The position numbers were made by a program, and so were the translations under genes. Positions 1 through 12,965 of a stretch of DNA of 64,000 nucleotides are shown piece by piece (the first letter of the stretch is position 1; the number at the start of each line of letters is the position of its first letter). The notes under the pieces were generated by a model that saw only the letters and a program-made list of their open reading frames with translations, ran no database searches and was not told the origin of the DNA. This DNA is from the human T2T-CHM13v2.0 reference genome, Homo sapiens, in assembly GCF_009914755.1 (NCBI RefSeq), contig NC_060947.1; one strand, given 5' to 3'.

Positions 1-67
1 ACACATATATACACACTATATATACATATATACACATATATACATATATATACACACACATATATAT

Positions 68-103
<36 letters not shown>
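1..103. repeat. (TA)n/(CA)n compound microsatellite (open at window edge)
   Basis: Directly visible alternating TA/CA dinucleotides. Confidence 0.95.
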
Positions 104-104
<1 letters not shown>

Positions 105-1931
105 AAGCTACTCCTTCAATTACTGACACTGAAAACGGTCTTTTCTAGAAACATTGATGTAATGTTCTTAGACTCTACTGGAATGTAAGCACTCCAAAAT
201 ACAATACCTTTCACACCTGGTCAGCCAAGAAAAAATTGTAAGTCACAACCACGATCTGGATTGTGAAAGTAAGGTGTTGTATCTGTGTCCTCTGAATGTA
301 GGCTTGTCTAGATAATTTTCTAAATGTCTTTCCAAAATTCTGCATATACTTCTAAGTTTGGATAGTTAGAAAAATAAAGAAGCCTAAATACAGGCCATCT
401 TAAATTTTACTTGTTCGCTATCACTAGCATTGAAATCAGCAGTTAAAAACGTCACAATATTTTAACTACTGTGGTTTCAGCTGTTTGTGTGTGTGTGTGT
501 GGGGGGGAAGGGTGTCGTCAACTCATGCCGGTTAAAGAACGTGACATTTCTGCATCTTATAAAATTGGACTAGAGAAAATGGGTTACCATAGGAACTGGC
601 AAAACCTATTGACATTACTGGAATGCTTATTTAAAAAGTTTCTTTTACTTAATGGACCTATTTAAGAATGATAGAGAAAACGCCTATAACGGTGGCAGAG
701 AGTTAGCATCTACACTCTAGGAATATTTGTCTTTTAAAGTGAAGCCTCATTAGGCAAACTGTATTTTACTAACCGTTGCATAGTAGCCTGTGTATGGTTT
801 TTGAAGAAAATGAGTTTTGAAAAATCATGTCTACAATTTGTCACTCATTTTAAATCCCATTGTTGCCCTTCGGTTCTTATTAATATATAAGAATATCAAA
901 CACAAAATGACTTCTCTAAAATAGGTACTTTAGAGGAGTTGGCCCAAAACCTGAAACAGAGCCCTTTAAAATGGTACTTGGGGCAGAACCTGTCTCAGGA
1001 TCACCACAACCAGCAGCTGGCAGGTGACAGCCTCAACGCCTGACTTCCCAGGACCCGCTCATCACCCGGGGAAGATCCGACAGCACTAGCCCTCCTGCCT
1101 CATCATCGCTGCGCTTCTGGCAGGCGGAGCCCCGTTCTCGTCCACGGCAGTCCACACCTCCGTCTCTGCAGGCGTACGCGGGTCTCGGGAATCACCTCCG
1201 GAGCCCACTCAGCAGCGGGGAGGGCGAGGGCGAAAGCGAGAGCCAGGAAAGCCCGGGCTCTCGCTGTAAGCCCCGCGCTCAGTGGTGTCCCCCTCCCCTC
1301 GGTGGTGGGGCCGCGGATACCTCCTCAGCCGCCTCAGCTGTCGGAGTTCAACTGGTGGGCGGCCCGTCCCGCCGTGGCCGCCACCGCCGGGTCCCCTCAG
1401 AGGCCTCACAAAGCCATGCTCCAGCCGCCCGCACCTGATTGACCGACCCCGGGCTCTGGCTCTGCCTCGCGCCGCCACCGCCTCCGCCGCCGCGCACGCG
1501 CACTTCGCGCGCCTCTGTTCCCGGACGGCCCCCAGAGCGGGAACGCCAGGCTGCGAGCTGCTGGCACCTGTCTGCCTGCCAGACAGACCCTGGGCTCCGG
1601 CCTCGTGCCGGCACGCGCACGCGCACGCGCCTCGCGCGCCTGCCGTCGGCCCTGGGGGCGGGACCGCGCGGCAGCGAGCGGGCGGGGGGCTCGTGGCGCG
1701 CGCGCCCCGCACCCGAGGGCTGCGGAGAGATATTTTGGGTGGCAGGAGGCCCCTCGTCATTTCCGCCGGGCAGCTAGTCGTGCTCGGGGCTTCACTCCCG
1801 CGCGTGAGGCGAGCGGGCAAGTTGGCTGAGGGCGTGCGGCAGAGGCTGCTTCCCTCGGCGACGCGACCCCTCAGCAACTCAAGCTATGAACTGAAGCTCC
1901 CTAGGGACGGAGACCGGAGCGGAGCGGCGGA

Positions 1932-1932
<1 letters not shown>

Positions 1933-1971
<39 letters not shown>

Positions 1972-1989
1972 GCCGCCGCCGCCGCCGCC
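1933..1989 (+). repeat. Compound trinucleotide repeat (GCA)12(GCC)7 = (CAG)12(CCG)6 in the CNKSR2 5'UTR
   Basis: Counted directly: GCA x12 at 1933-1968 and GCC x7 at 1969-1989. Confidence 0.97.
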
Positions 1990-2187
1990 TTAGCGGGAAC
2001 TGAGCAGACCCGGCGCGGAGCCACGACTCCTGCACGTTTACCTCCCTGTCGCCGTTCCTGCCGGCGGTTGGCTAAAAGACGTTACAGCCGCGAGACCCGA
2101 CACACAAAAGCCGCTTTCTCCGCGCCGCCCGCCCAGGGAGGCTGCGGCCAGCAAGGGACCCCACCTGAGAGCAGCTCGGGCTGCTGA

Positions 2188-2361
<174 letters not shown>

Positions 2362-5300
2362 TAGGAGGGGGCGCCCGCCGCGCCAGAGCCCGCCACCGCG
2401 GCTTCCACTGGCGGATCGTCGTACGCGTCGGGGCGGGGGTCCTCCAGGACTGGCAGGGGCCTGGGGTCCCCGGTCTCCTTTTGTCTCCAGCTAGAGGGGC
2501 GCGGAGCGGCCAGAGAGCTAGAGGGCAGCGGGCGCCACCCCGTTGGAGGCAGGAAGTCGGGAGGCAGAATACCGGCGCATCTTGCGTACTCCCCTCTCCC
2601 CTTACTGCCCCCGGGCCAGGAGGACGTGGCGACCCTTATCTCCCAGCTCAGGGTGGACTCCCCCAGGACCTGCTCCCCTGGTCGCCCTTTCCTGGCCCCT
2701 TTGTTCCTGGGAAAGCTGACGCCCCCTCGGCGGCCGCCCTTGCCAGGTGCCTTCCCCAGCGCCAACTCTCCCAAGCAACTTTTAGCCCACATAATGGGGT
2801 CAGGACGCGGCCGCCCCCATTCGGAGCCTGGCATCCCCCCACACCCAGATTTGGCTGAGGATGCCCAGGGTGGGGGTATGTGCTACTTTGAGGGTGAGGA
2901 CATCATGCTTCCCCTGGGACAGCATCCTTGCTGCTGTCTCTGGGCTGCCTCCAGCGCATCCCCTCGCATCCTTTGCCTTCTCTGCTTTCTCCCTTTCAAG
3001 CCAGTCGAGGTTTTGGACCTCACGGCTTTTTATTAAGGGCTCAACGCCAGATGTAAGGTGATGCGCATTCAGGTACCTTCACATTTCTTCCATCTTGAAG
3101 GTTCCCCCTTTTGTCCCTGGCGATTTATAATAACCACAGTTATAGACACTCACCCTCCTAATCGCAAACGTGAGCTTTTTTTCTGATCCCTGGGCTTTCC
3201 TGTCTCACTACCTCCCTCTGTTGTCTGAGTTAAGGGGCTTGTAGAGGACTCCCCCACCCACCAACCCCTTGGATCCTCAGGCCCAACTCTTCCCTAAGAT
3301 TTTGGGAATTGAAGAGGGGATGGATGGGATGGAATGGAATAAAGGATGCGTGGCCACACTTGGGAAATGTTAGCGCTTTGCTCGAGGTCATACCTGAGCA
3401 AACTCTAGGTAGATCAGTCAGGGACCAAAGGCTTATTATCGCTGAAAATGCCCGTTCCTACGATGAAGGAGCCCCTTCTTGGGCTTACTTAACAGTCAGA
3501 CTTTCTAAGCTCCAGATAATTTAGAACGAAAGGTGAGGTGATTGGGAGGGATTGAGAGTGACAGGGAGAAACTGATTTTTTTTGCTCATTCTTTTCCCCA
3601 GCCTTTTTGGCCGCTTGCTTATTCTTGTGGATTTTTCTTTATTTTGCTTTCCTTTTATTCCCTTACTTGCCCCTTTATTCCTCATTTACTTTGCTTTTCT
3701 TTTCTAATATGTGGAAACTGCTTTGTAACTGCTAAGCAGTACAAATGTGAGTGAATTGAATTAAACCTAATACATTATTTATCGACTGCACCCCTGTGTG
3801 CAGTGCATTGTGCTAAGGTGCCATGGGGGATATAAAGATGACTAAGACAAAGTCCTGCAGTGGCTCATCTTTGCTGCTGCTTTTTCTCTTTATGTATTTG
3901 CTATTGAAATTCCAATATCTTAGATTCCCACCAATTATCCTCACTCTCCACCTTCTCCGTTTCTCAGTGATGGAAGAAAGAGCCAGAGTATATACAGGAA
4001 GCAACAATGCTTAAAACCCCGTTCTTTGAATTTGTCTAAAAGGTTACTTTAGTTTGAGTCTGTTGCTGAAATATTAAAAGACAAGCTATCTTGGCTCCAT
4101 GGGAGTCTGATTACCTTCATAGACTACCTTTCGCAAATTCCCATGATGCCTGTAGTGAGTGCTGCATACTCAGTCTCCACCTCCCACCCTCCCAGTTATA
4201 TTCTTGCAGTTTCCCCTCTCTCCATAGTTTAGGTCCACTGAAGCAAGTAGAATATATGATGCACCTATTCTGACACACATTATTAGTTGTCCAGTACACC
4301 AGTCCTTTAAAAATCTTTCCAGCCTAAAATGTGGCTTCTTTGAAGTTAGGTTAACATTGTTAGCTGTGATTTGAAAATTTTTTTTAAATGTAAGTCGAAT
4401 ACCTTGTTTTCATACCTGTTGGTGACGCATTTTAGAGCTATTTGAAAAGATCAATTGGGTAGCCAAGATAGTTTGTGTATCGTGTATACATATGACTGGA
4501 AGAGAATGAATGATATAATTACCTGTATATTTCAAATCCCAGACTACTTACTGCTGAAATTTCCTTAATATTCATATATATTTGATTTGAGATATTATCA
4601 GAAAATGAGATTTTAAAAAATAGTTGGATGAAACAAACATTTCCTCAACTTGTAACTTACACTGTTACCTTAATTTTTCTCTCTTTGCCCTTTTCCCCAA
4701 ATAAAGTTAAACAAAGGACATTTTAAAAATATTTTTCATCCTGCAGTAATATTTAAAAGTCAACTGCTAATTTAGGCTATAGCTTTGAGATGGCTAAACC
4801 TCATTTAGTGTTGTATAATATGTAGTGTTGTAAAGGCAGTACCAAAGAATGAACAAGACTGTTGAACAACTGCAATGTGGGAGTTCTTCAGAGGATGCTC
4901 CTAATGAGACAGTTTCATCATCCTTAGCATTAAAAGCATATAGTATATGCTTTCAGCTGGTCACAATCATAAATAGTTGTAACTCTGTTTAGTAAGGTAC
5001 ATTCTTTATGTACTTTCTAGGGTATTTTTTTCTTCACTAAACAGAAAAAGAATCGCTAAGTGTGTAAGAATAGGAATGGCCATATATTTATGATTCTAGA
5101 CAATTTGTAGAAGTGGTATAGAAACTCAGTCCCAGAGAGGGAAATGAAGGGGGAAAAAAAGCTGACAAGATTATTAAGCTTTAGTGGCATATATTCAAGA
5201 TTATTTATGAGGGACAATTTTTACATTGCAATTTTGATGCAATGTATAAATGGATTCATTTTGATTGATCAATTTTTATTAAAATATTTGAGGGAGATGG

Positions 5301-7784
5301 AAATATAAAATGTATATATTGTTAGTAGTAAAAATATAAGGAAATCCTTGTATTCTTTTGCTCACCAACTTCATTATTTGTAAAATCAAATACTCAACTA
5401 AATTTTCTACTGACAGTAAAAATTGGATATGACACAGTGTCAATGTTATTTCCAGTAAGTACATGAACTCCTTATGAGTCAGTGAAATAAGTAGCTATAT
5501 CCCAAATTATCCTGATAGTACTTCTGGCTATTTGGAGATATCTTATAGACCTTCAAATTAATTTTTAATATTAATCTTATAAAAATATTTTTGGAGAAAA
5601 TCAAATACTCATAATTTAGCATTTGAAACTGACCTTCTTCAATTGGAAATTGCATCCAATCCTCTTGTAGTTTTTATATTTTAAAACATAAACTATTTTC
5701 AAGGTAAATAGAGGCAAATAAGTTATTGGAAAAAGCCATAGGCAGAAAAGTAGGCCAATAATTGTTCTAATTTTTCCTCCATCTGTTATTCTAAAATAAG
5801 TTATTTCTCAGCTCCTACCTGTTCACTTGCAGGGCCTGGAAATATTTCATAATTTGCAGTTATTTGAGTCCCCAGACCATCTCTACTTTTTTGCCCACTG
5901 AAATATAACAAAAACCCCTGAATGCTTTAGGGCCCCTGTTATTAACTTTATTATTAATTTTCCTAGTCCGTGTCACACCCAGTCATTCCATTTTTTTTTC
6001 TTACATCTTTTCCAACTCTGAGACTCATTCAAAATATCCACATGACTAAGTTATTTTTCTAGGACTCAGCTCCCTACATTACATTCTTCCAGTAATCTTT
6101 AATCTCTCTGGGTCAAATAAAATGATTATGACTTTTCAGAGTTAACCAATAGGCCCCATTTTGCTTGTCTTCTCTTACCATCTCTGTGATTTAGCTCCAG
6201 CCACTTTTGTATTATTATGATTCTTAAAATAATCTAAATTTTTAAGATAGCCTTTTCTCAACCCATTCCACAATCAACTGCTCTACTCTTTCCTGTTTAC
6301 TATAAATCATTTCTTCAAGAGGCATTCTCTGACTTCTAATTTCTGTCCTGATGACTCAGCCATCTTGAGGATAGAAAATAAAATACATTCTTTTAGGTAT
6401 AAAAAGCAAAACCAATGTTTTGTATACAGTCCTGTAATAGAGGAAAATGTAGTGATTATATAAAGTCTAGTCAGTATAAAAGTTAAATGCTGTAAAGGAG
6501 AATGTGTTGGATAAGGCAAAGATGTTTTGACAGGTACAATACTCTTTAGTAATTCTTTTTTCCCGTCATAGGACCCAGAGCTGAGGTTGAAATTTGTCTT
6601 TGTTACATAAAGGAAAATATCAAAATTTTGAGTTAAACTGTCTTGAGAGAGAGATTGGAAATAATTTTCTGGCAGGAACTGCAAATAAGCTTAAGTGATC
6701 AAATTGTATCACTTCCTTTTGAAAACTTAGGGTTTTTTTTCAATTGAAAGGTGACTAAATTGGCACCAACAATTGTCTACTTTGGATTTGACTTTTTTGG
6801 GGAACAGGAATTCTTGTCATTTTATGTAAAGAAGAAATATATCTTTTCCATATGTAGAATTTCGTTCAGAAGAAATGTTATTTTTCTTATAGTGTTATTA
6901 ACATTTGCTCCTTAATGTAACACTCATGATTTAGTGCAGATTAGGAACAAGGAGTATATTTATGTAGATATATTTGCTCCATAGATATTATTTTCTCAGT
7001 GCTTTTGCATGGAGGGTGCTTTAATGGGTTGTTTTAAATTAATTATTCTCTGCTTTGGGGAAATTAGCCTCTGTAAGGGATGGTAGTGACATTGACAAAC
7101 TTAGGCAAAGACAGAGAGAGGTGCCAACTAGCACATGTAGTAATTTTTTAAAGGCTGTATATGAGCACCATTGGAAAGAGAAGATGATAATTTTATTGAA
7201 TCAGGAAGGGATCTGTGAGGAGGGTGGGGTTCTAGCAACTATTTAAGCTACTTATTTAATTAAGGCATAATCTAAGAGGGATGTATACTAAATGTAGCGG
7301 CACAGCAAGAAACTCTAGAGTTGAAATGGGGTTATTAACTAAAGGGGGGTTGTATATAGGTTTGTCTGGATGAAGGAGAGAGGTGGGCAGTAGAGGGAAA
7401 GTGAGGGAGGAGCATGAGTAGGTGGCACAAAAGTACAAGAACAAATCTGCATTTCACAAAGACAATAAAACTCTCATCATGTCCTGAGTTTAAATAAATG
7501 CCACATTATAAAACTTTAGCTGCCAAAAATAAGCCCACAAAGAATGTGTATTGAATTGGTACAGCTGTTTCAAATCTGTTTTTCAGGAATGATTTGAAAA
7601 TAATGTTAAATTATTTTGAAGACAAATCATTAACATGTTGTTAGATATTTCGAATTTTACTGAACCAAGTTCTTATATGAAGAATGGAAATAGACTTTTA
7701 AGTATTAATACTGTTCTTAAAGCAATGATAAATTATCATTTTTATTTATAACAGAGCAACCCTAGATTAGGGCTCAATTTGTTC

Positions 7785-8088
<304 letters not shown>

Positions 8089-8859
8089 TCAATTTGTTCT
8101 TAATGACTTTTAGCTTTCTATGTGTCTTCCCTGCAGTACCTCACACATAAGGGTTATTGTGAAGAATAAAGTTATTAGCTTCTAAAAAGAGTACTAAAAG
8201 AGTGGATCATCTGTACTAATTTTAAAAAAGGTTGGGGGAAGGGAGTATAAAGTAATTTGAAAAAAATTGAGTCTAAAAGTTTTAATTGTTCATGGCTTTT
8301 TATTGTTTAGTGTCTGATTAAAAACAGCAAGTATAGTCTTCAATGTGGAATCATTGTGTTGAATTACATTCGGTGAGGGAATTCACAGTTTTCATGTATA
8401 GCATAGGCCTGTATTCCTCAAAATGGTATATTTTTGTGGTTGTGGAAGCCAAATGATCAAAAGAAGCCAAAGAGTTGTGTTTTTTTTGTTTTTTGCTAAG
8501 CTTTTTAAAACATTATATTAAAACAAACATGGATATTATATTCATGATGTAGAAAGCAAAATTGGCATTATTTCAAAGATGAGACCAGAGACTTAACAGG
8601 AATTTTAGGCTTGCAACAGGCTGTTTAAAGCTGTATTCTCCAGACCTCCCAGGGCTGAGTACACTCTTTTGAGCAATTACAGATGCATCAGTGGAAAAGT
8701 TGGAGAAGTGGTGGTTGAGTTTAAAAAAGGTAAAATTAATGTACTCTGTTTCCCTTTTTTTCCTATTACCACAAGGCACAAAATATGACCATTTTCAGTC
8801 GAGGTCATGATAATTGTAGCATCTTAATTTTGTTTATTTGTTTGATCCATACACCTGCA

Positions 8860-9425
8860 GTCAGGATGAATTCCTTGAAAATAAATCTCATCCGATCTCA
8901 TTCTCTCACTTCTTACCCTCATCAGTTTAAAACAATTTAATGACTTCTCATTGTTTTTAGGATAAAGGTCAAAGTCCTTAACATGGCCTATAAGACTCTT
9001 GAAGGTTTGGCCATTGCCTATGAGGTAAGCGTCATGCCCAGCACCAAGTATGCAGGCTGCCTCACCGTCCTTCCTGTTTGCCTACCACTGGACATTTGCA
9101 CTTAATATGTTCCCTATCCCTCTTCACCTAGTTAAGTCTTACTCACCCTTCACGTCTTAGGCTTTTTCTCATCCACCTTAGGAAAGCCTTTCCAGATTTG
9201 TTAAATCACATCAAATCCTCAGTTATATGCTGTCCTAGTACCATGTATATCTCCTGTGTCCCATTCACCAGTTTTATTTTTATATTAATTTGGATGGTTA
9301 TTTGATATCCAACTCCCCCACTAGATGAGTGCAGGGACCCCATCTATTTCTTGTACCAGTGTGTAAAAAAGTATCTGGTATGAAATAGGCACTTAGAAAA
9401 TATTTGTTGAGAGAAGGAATAAATT
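8860..9425 (+). mobile_element. L2 LINE 3' fragment (ancient)
   Basis: Ends in an L2-type 3' terminus (...ctggtatgaaataggcacttagaaaatatttgttga...); heavily diverged. Confidence 0.6.
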
Positions 9426-12400
9426 AATTTATTCACAGATTACTGGTCTGTCAGCAAATCTGCTTTCCTAAATGACAATGCACGTAAAGTCCCTTATAAT
9501 GCTCTAATGGATACTTCAGTGCCAACTTGTATATTGTGTGCCAGAATACAGTAGAAGTAGGGTTGCTTTATCCATTTCTCATAGTTGTAGTGCTCTAGCC
9601 AATTCAAAGATACGAATCATGGTTTAAACTTATTTTGTTACAAAATATTAATAATTTCAGGAAATTAATAACACTTTGGTGTTTATGCCATATTATAAAT
9701 AGTATAAATATTACTTACTAATATCACTTAGTAAGACAACATGATAAGCAAATACTTATTAAAACATTAAAACACACTCCTTCTCCTAAGCATTTATTTC
9801 CCTTCATTCAAATTTTCTAATTGTTTCTTCATTTGGGTATTTTTTAAAGAACTCTATATATCTTAGAATGCATGATGGAGTGAAATTGATCAGATGTCTT
9901 AATTTTGTCCTCATAAAAATAAAAACAAAAAGCTCATATAAAAAATTAAAATGCATTATTCTGTTGTGAGGATATCCTTTATTTGTTAATTGGGACGATA
10001 AAATGGAAAAACAACCCTTGGGCTTAATGAAACCATTATCTTATTTATTATATTTAGTGTTCAATTTGCATTTTTATTAATAGGAATACAATTAAGGTAT
10101 TTAAAGGTGCATCTTAAATCAGCATTTTCTTGTGTAATTTTTCACCGTTCCCTCTGATTTTGAAAAAAAGAAAACTTTAAAAACTAGATGTAAGTTTATC
10201 ATTACTAATTTTTGAAGGGCACTTGTTAAGAACATACGTACAGAATTATTGCAAAGCATAGTTTGCTAAATACAGGTGCCTCAAGTGGATTTTCTATGAA
10301 TTACATGCTGCTAGATAATCACTAGTAGGCAACTTACCAAAATTTTTCTAATAAAGCCTGCCTCCTCCCAATTTAGAATCATTAAAATACAAATCAGAGT
10401 AAGTGAAATTGTAAAGATCTTAATAGGCATGCCAGTTTGTTAACTCTTTATAAAACACCATCAGGCTTAAATGCTCTAGCTAGTACTGCAAAACAATGGA
10501 TTGCAATTGTGCCCTGATTTGACTTGCAAACAACTATTCTACAAGATGGAATTTTTAAATTTTAAAGATGTATTTAATTTATTGTTTGATTTTAATTTAA
10601 ATCACAATCATTAATTCTAATGGAAGTTTTCATTATCTTACTCTTGCAATTTCAGGAAAAAAGAGTTTGTTGCTATTTGCATAAATGCATTGAACTTTAA
10701 ATTTTACTAAAGTGCAGTAATAACTGTTTTAGCTCTCTTTGTTCATCTGTTGACTATTTTACCACAACATAAAATTGTTTGAAAAATCAAAATTTATTTA
10801 GTAAACCAAAACTTGCACTGACACCAATATATGATAGTTTGTCATGATAAAAATATTGTTACATAACTAATATCAAGTATAGCATACATGACTCTTATGT
10901 GTTTACTTGGCATTAATGTTCTTAGAAATTAAGTAGGTTGGATGGTCTTTAGATACAGTGGTAGATAAGAAGAAACCTCATTAAATTAGTTGCGTTTTTA
11001 AATGTTGCTCAATATCTTTTTTTTTTTTTGGTGTTTGTTTGAACTTTTTATTTTGTTCCAGATACATCTGCTATTTTTAAAACAGGCTTGCAACATGTTT
11101 TCTTAAGTAATAGCTAGAACAAATCGATGGAAGCCTGGCTTAGATCCTAGATTTTCCTTTTTTCAACTTATTTACCAAAGATTGTAAAAGAATCTATTTT
11201 CTAGTAACTTGTTAGTTATACTTAGCAATGTAATTTATTAGTAAAAACCTTTAACAATGCTGGCATTAAATAATACAGCTGAATGATTAATGTTAACACT
11301 GGCTGAATTTTTGTTTTAATTTTGGTGTGTTTTTTATGTGTATATAGGAACTTATTTTGTATATTTTTTCAGAAAATTGATATTTTAATTTTGTGAAAAT
11401 CATTTATATTTTGGTTTTCAAAACAGGCCATTGGGATATTAAATACATATAACAGAGAAAGTGTAGAGATTTTGCTCATGATGCTCAAAACAGACATATA
11501 GTAGTCCAGTGGCTAGTTTTCCTCCTGGCCTGCTGGAACTTACGTAGAAACCAAGTTTGATGTGGTATAGAGCTAGCATGATATGGCAGGGCTAGGTGCT
11601 CTTTCCCCATTTCCTATTATATTGGTGTCAGGATGAGCTTTGTGGCAGTCTCTGTTGGCACTAATGTTACATTAAATCAAAGGAACAAGGCTTCCTTATC
11701 CAGAAGCCTGCTCTGTTGCCTTCTAGCTGTCAGACCAGAGACTTTCAGTTTGATGTTGAATTGACACACACAGAGTAGTTAGTTCTGTGAAATATTTGGG
11801 TTAGATGATTTTTCTTTCCAGTGGCCCTAGACATAATGCTTTGAGTTTATTTATGGTAAAAACCTGTTAATTGAGATTCTGTTTATTTGGGATTTGTGAT
11901 AATTTCACTGTGCTCCTATTGAAGATTACTGTTAATATGTGAAGGAAAGGTTTGCTGATCAATCTAATAATGCAAACAAGATTGGAAAGAAATTGTTTGA
12001 CCTGGGAGAATACAATGTTTTTGTACTATACTTTGCCAGGAGCCACTTACATACTGAAAATATGCTAGTTAGAAAGGAGCTGTATTTTTACTTAGAATTT
12101 CTGTATACTTAGAATTATCAGTCTTTATTTTTTGGAGTATTTTCCAAACATTATTTAATATAGCTTGGTTCTTCTCATTCACCCAAATTGGAAAGGTCAT
12201 GTACTTCACATTATATTATTGCTAGTAATCTTTAAAAGTGAGATAAGGGAGAGTTATTAACACCTTTTTATAGGTAAAGTACAGAGAAGTTAAGCAGCTC
12301 AACAGAGATTGTACAGCTGTTCAGTGAAATTAGGTTTGACGTCAACTTTTCTCCTACTGGATTGGATTTACAATTTAGTGGGCAAAGGACACAATTCAGA

Positions 12401-12479
12401 TAGGTACACAATGGTTTTCAGAATTGACCTTTTAAAATTTTTTTCTGAATTTTCTACCCTTTAAAAATTGGCATAATAT

Positions 12480-12730
12480 GTAATATAGTACAGGTAAGAG
12501 CACTTTGGAATCATGATACCTGGGTTTGTATCCTGACTTTATCACTTCTTAGCTTGTGTGATCTTAGGGAGAGTTTAAGTAATTTTCCCAAGTTTTCTCC
12601 TTTTTATAAAATGGGGATGCTGGTATTACCTACAATTACCAATCTAAAAGATGTTTCTACATTTTGCCACATTTTTCTGTTGTGGTATACTTAAAACAAT
12701 GCCTTGTATATAGTAAGCACATATAAATGT
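12480..12730 (+). mobile_element. MIR SINE
   Basis: MIR core motifs (ctgggtttgtatcctgact...tgtgtgatcttagg...tttctcc...aaaatgggg). Confidence 0.7.
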
Positions 12731-12799
12731 CAACTTTTTTAAAGGAAGAGATTATATTCTGTTGGCAATATTCAGAGGCAGAACTAATAATAGATTATA

Positions 12800-12965
12800 T
12801 TTATTAAGTGCTTACTACATACTGTGTCCTGTGCTAGGTGCTTTCCCTACATTACATTTAATGCCTGTCTTAGCCCTGAAAGGTTGGACTTAATCCCTAT
12901 TTTACAGATGAAGGAACTTTGGCTTAGAGAGATTTTTACTTAGAAATGTTGAATGACTTGTCCTA
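12800..12965 (-). mobile_element. MIR SINE (inverted relative to the preceding one)
   Basis: ttattaagtgcttacta...ccctattttacagatgaaggaactt...gcttagagag is the reverse-strand MIR core. Confidence 0.65.
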
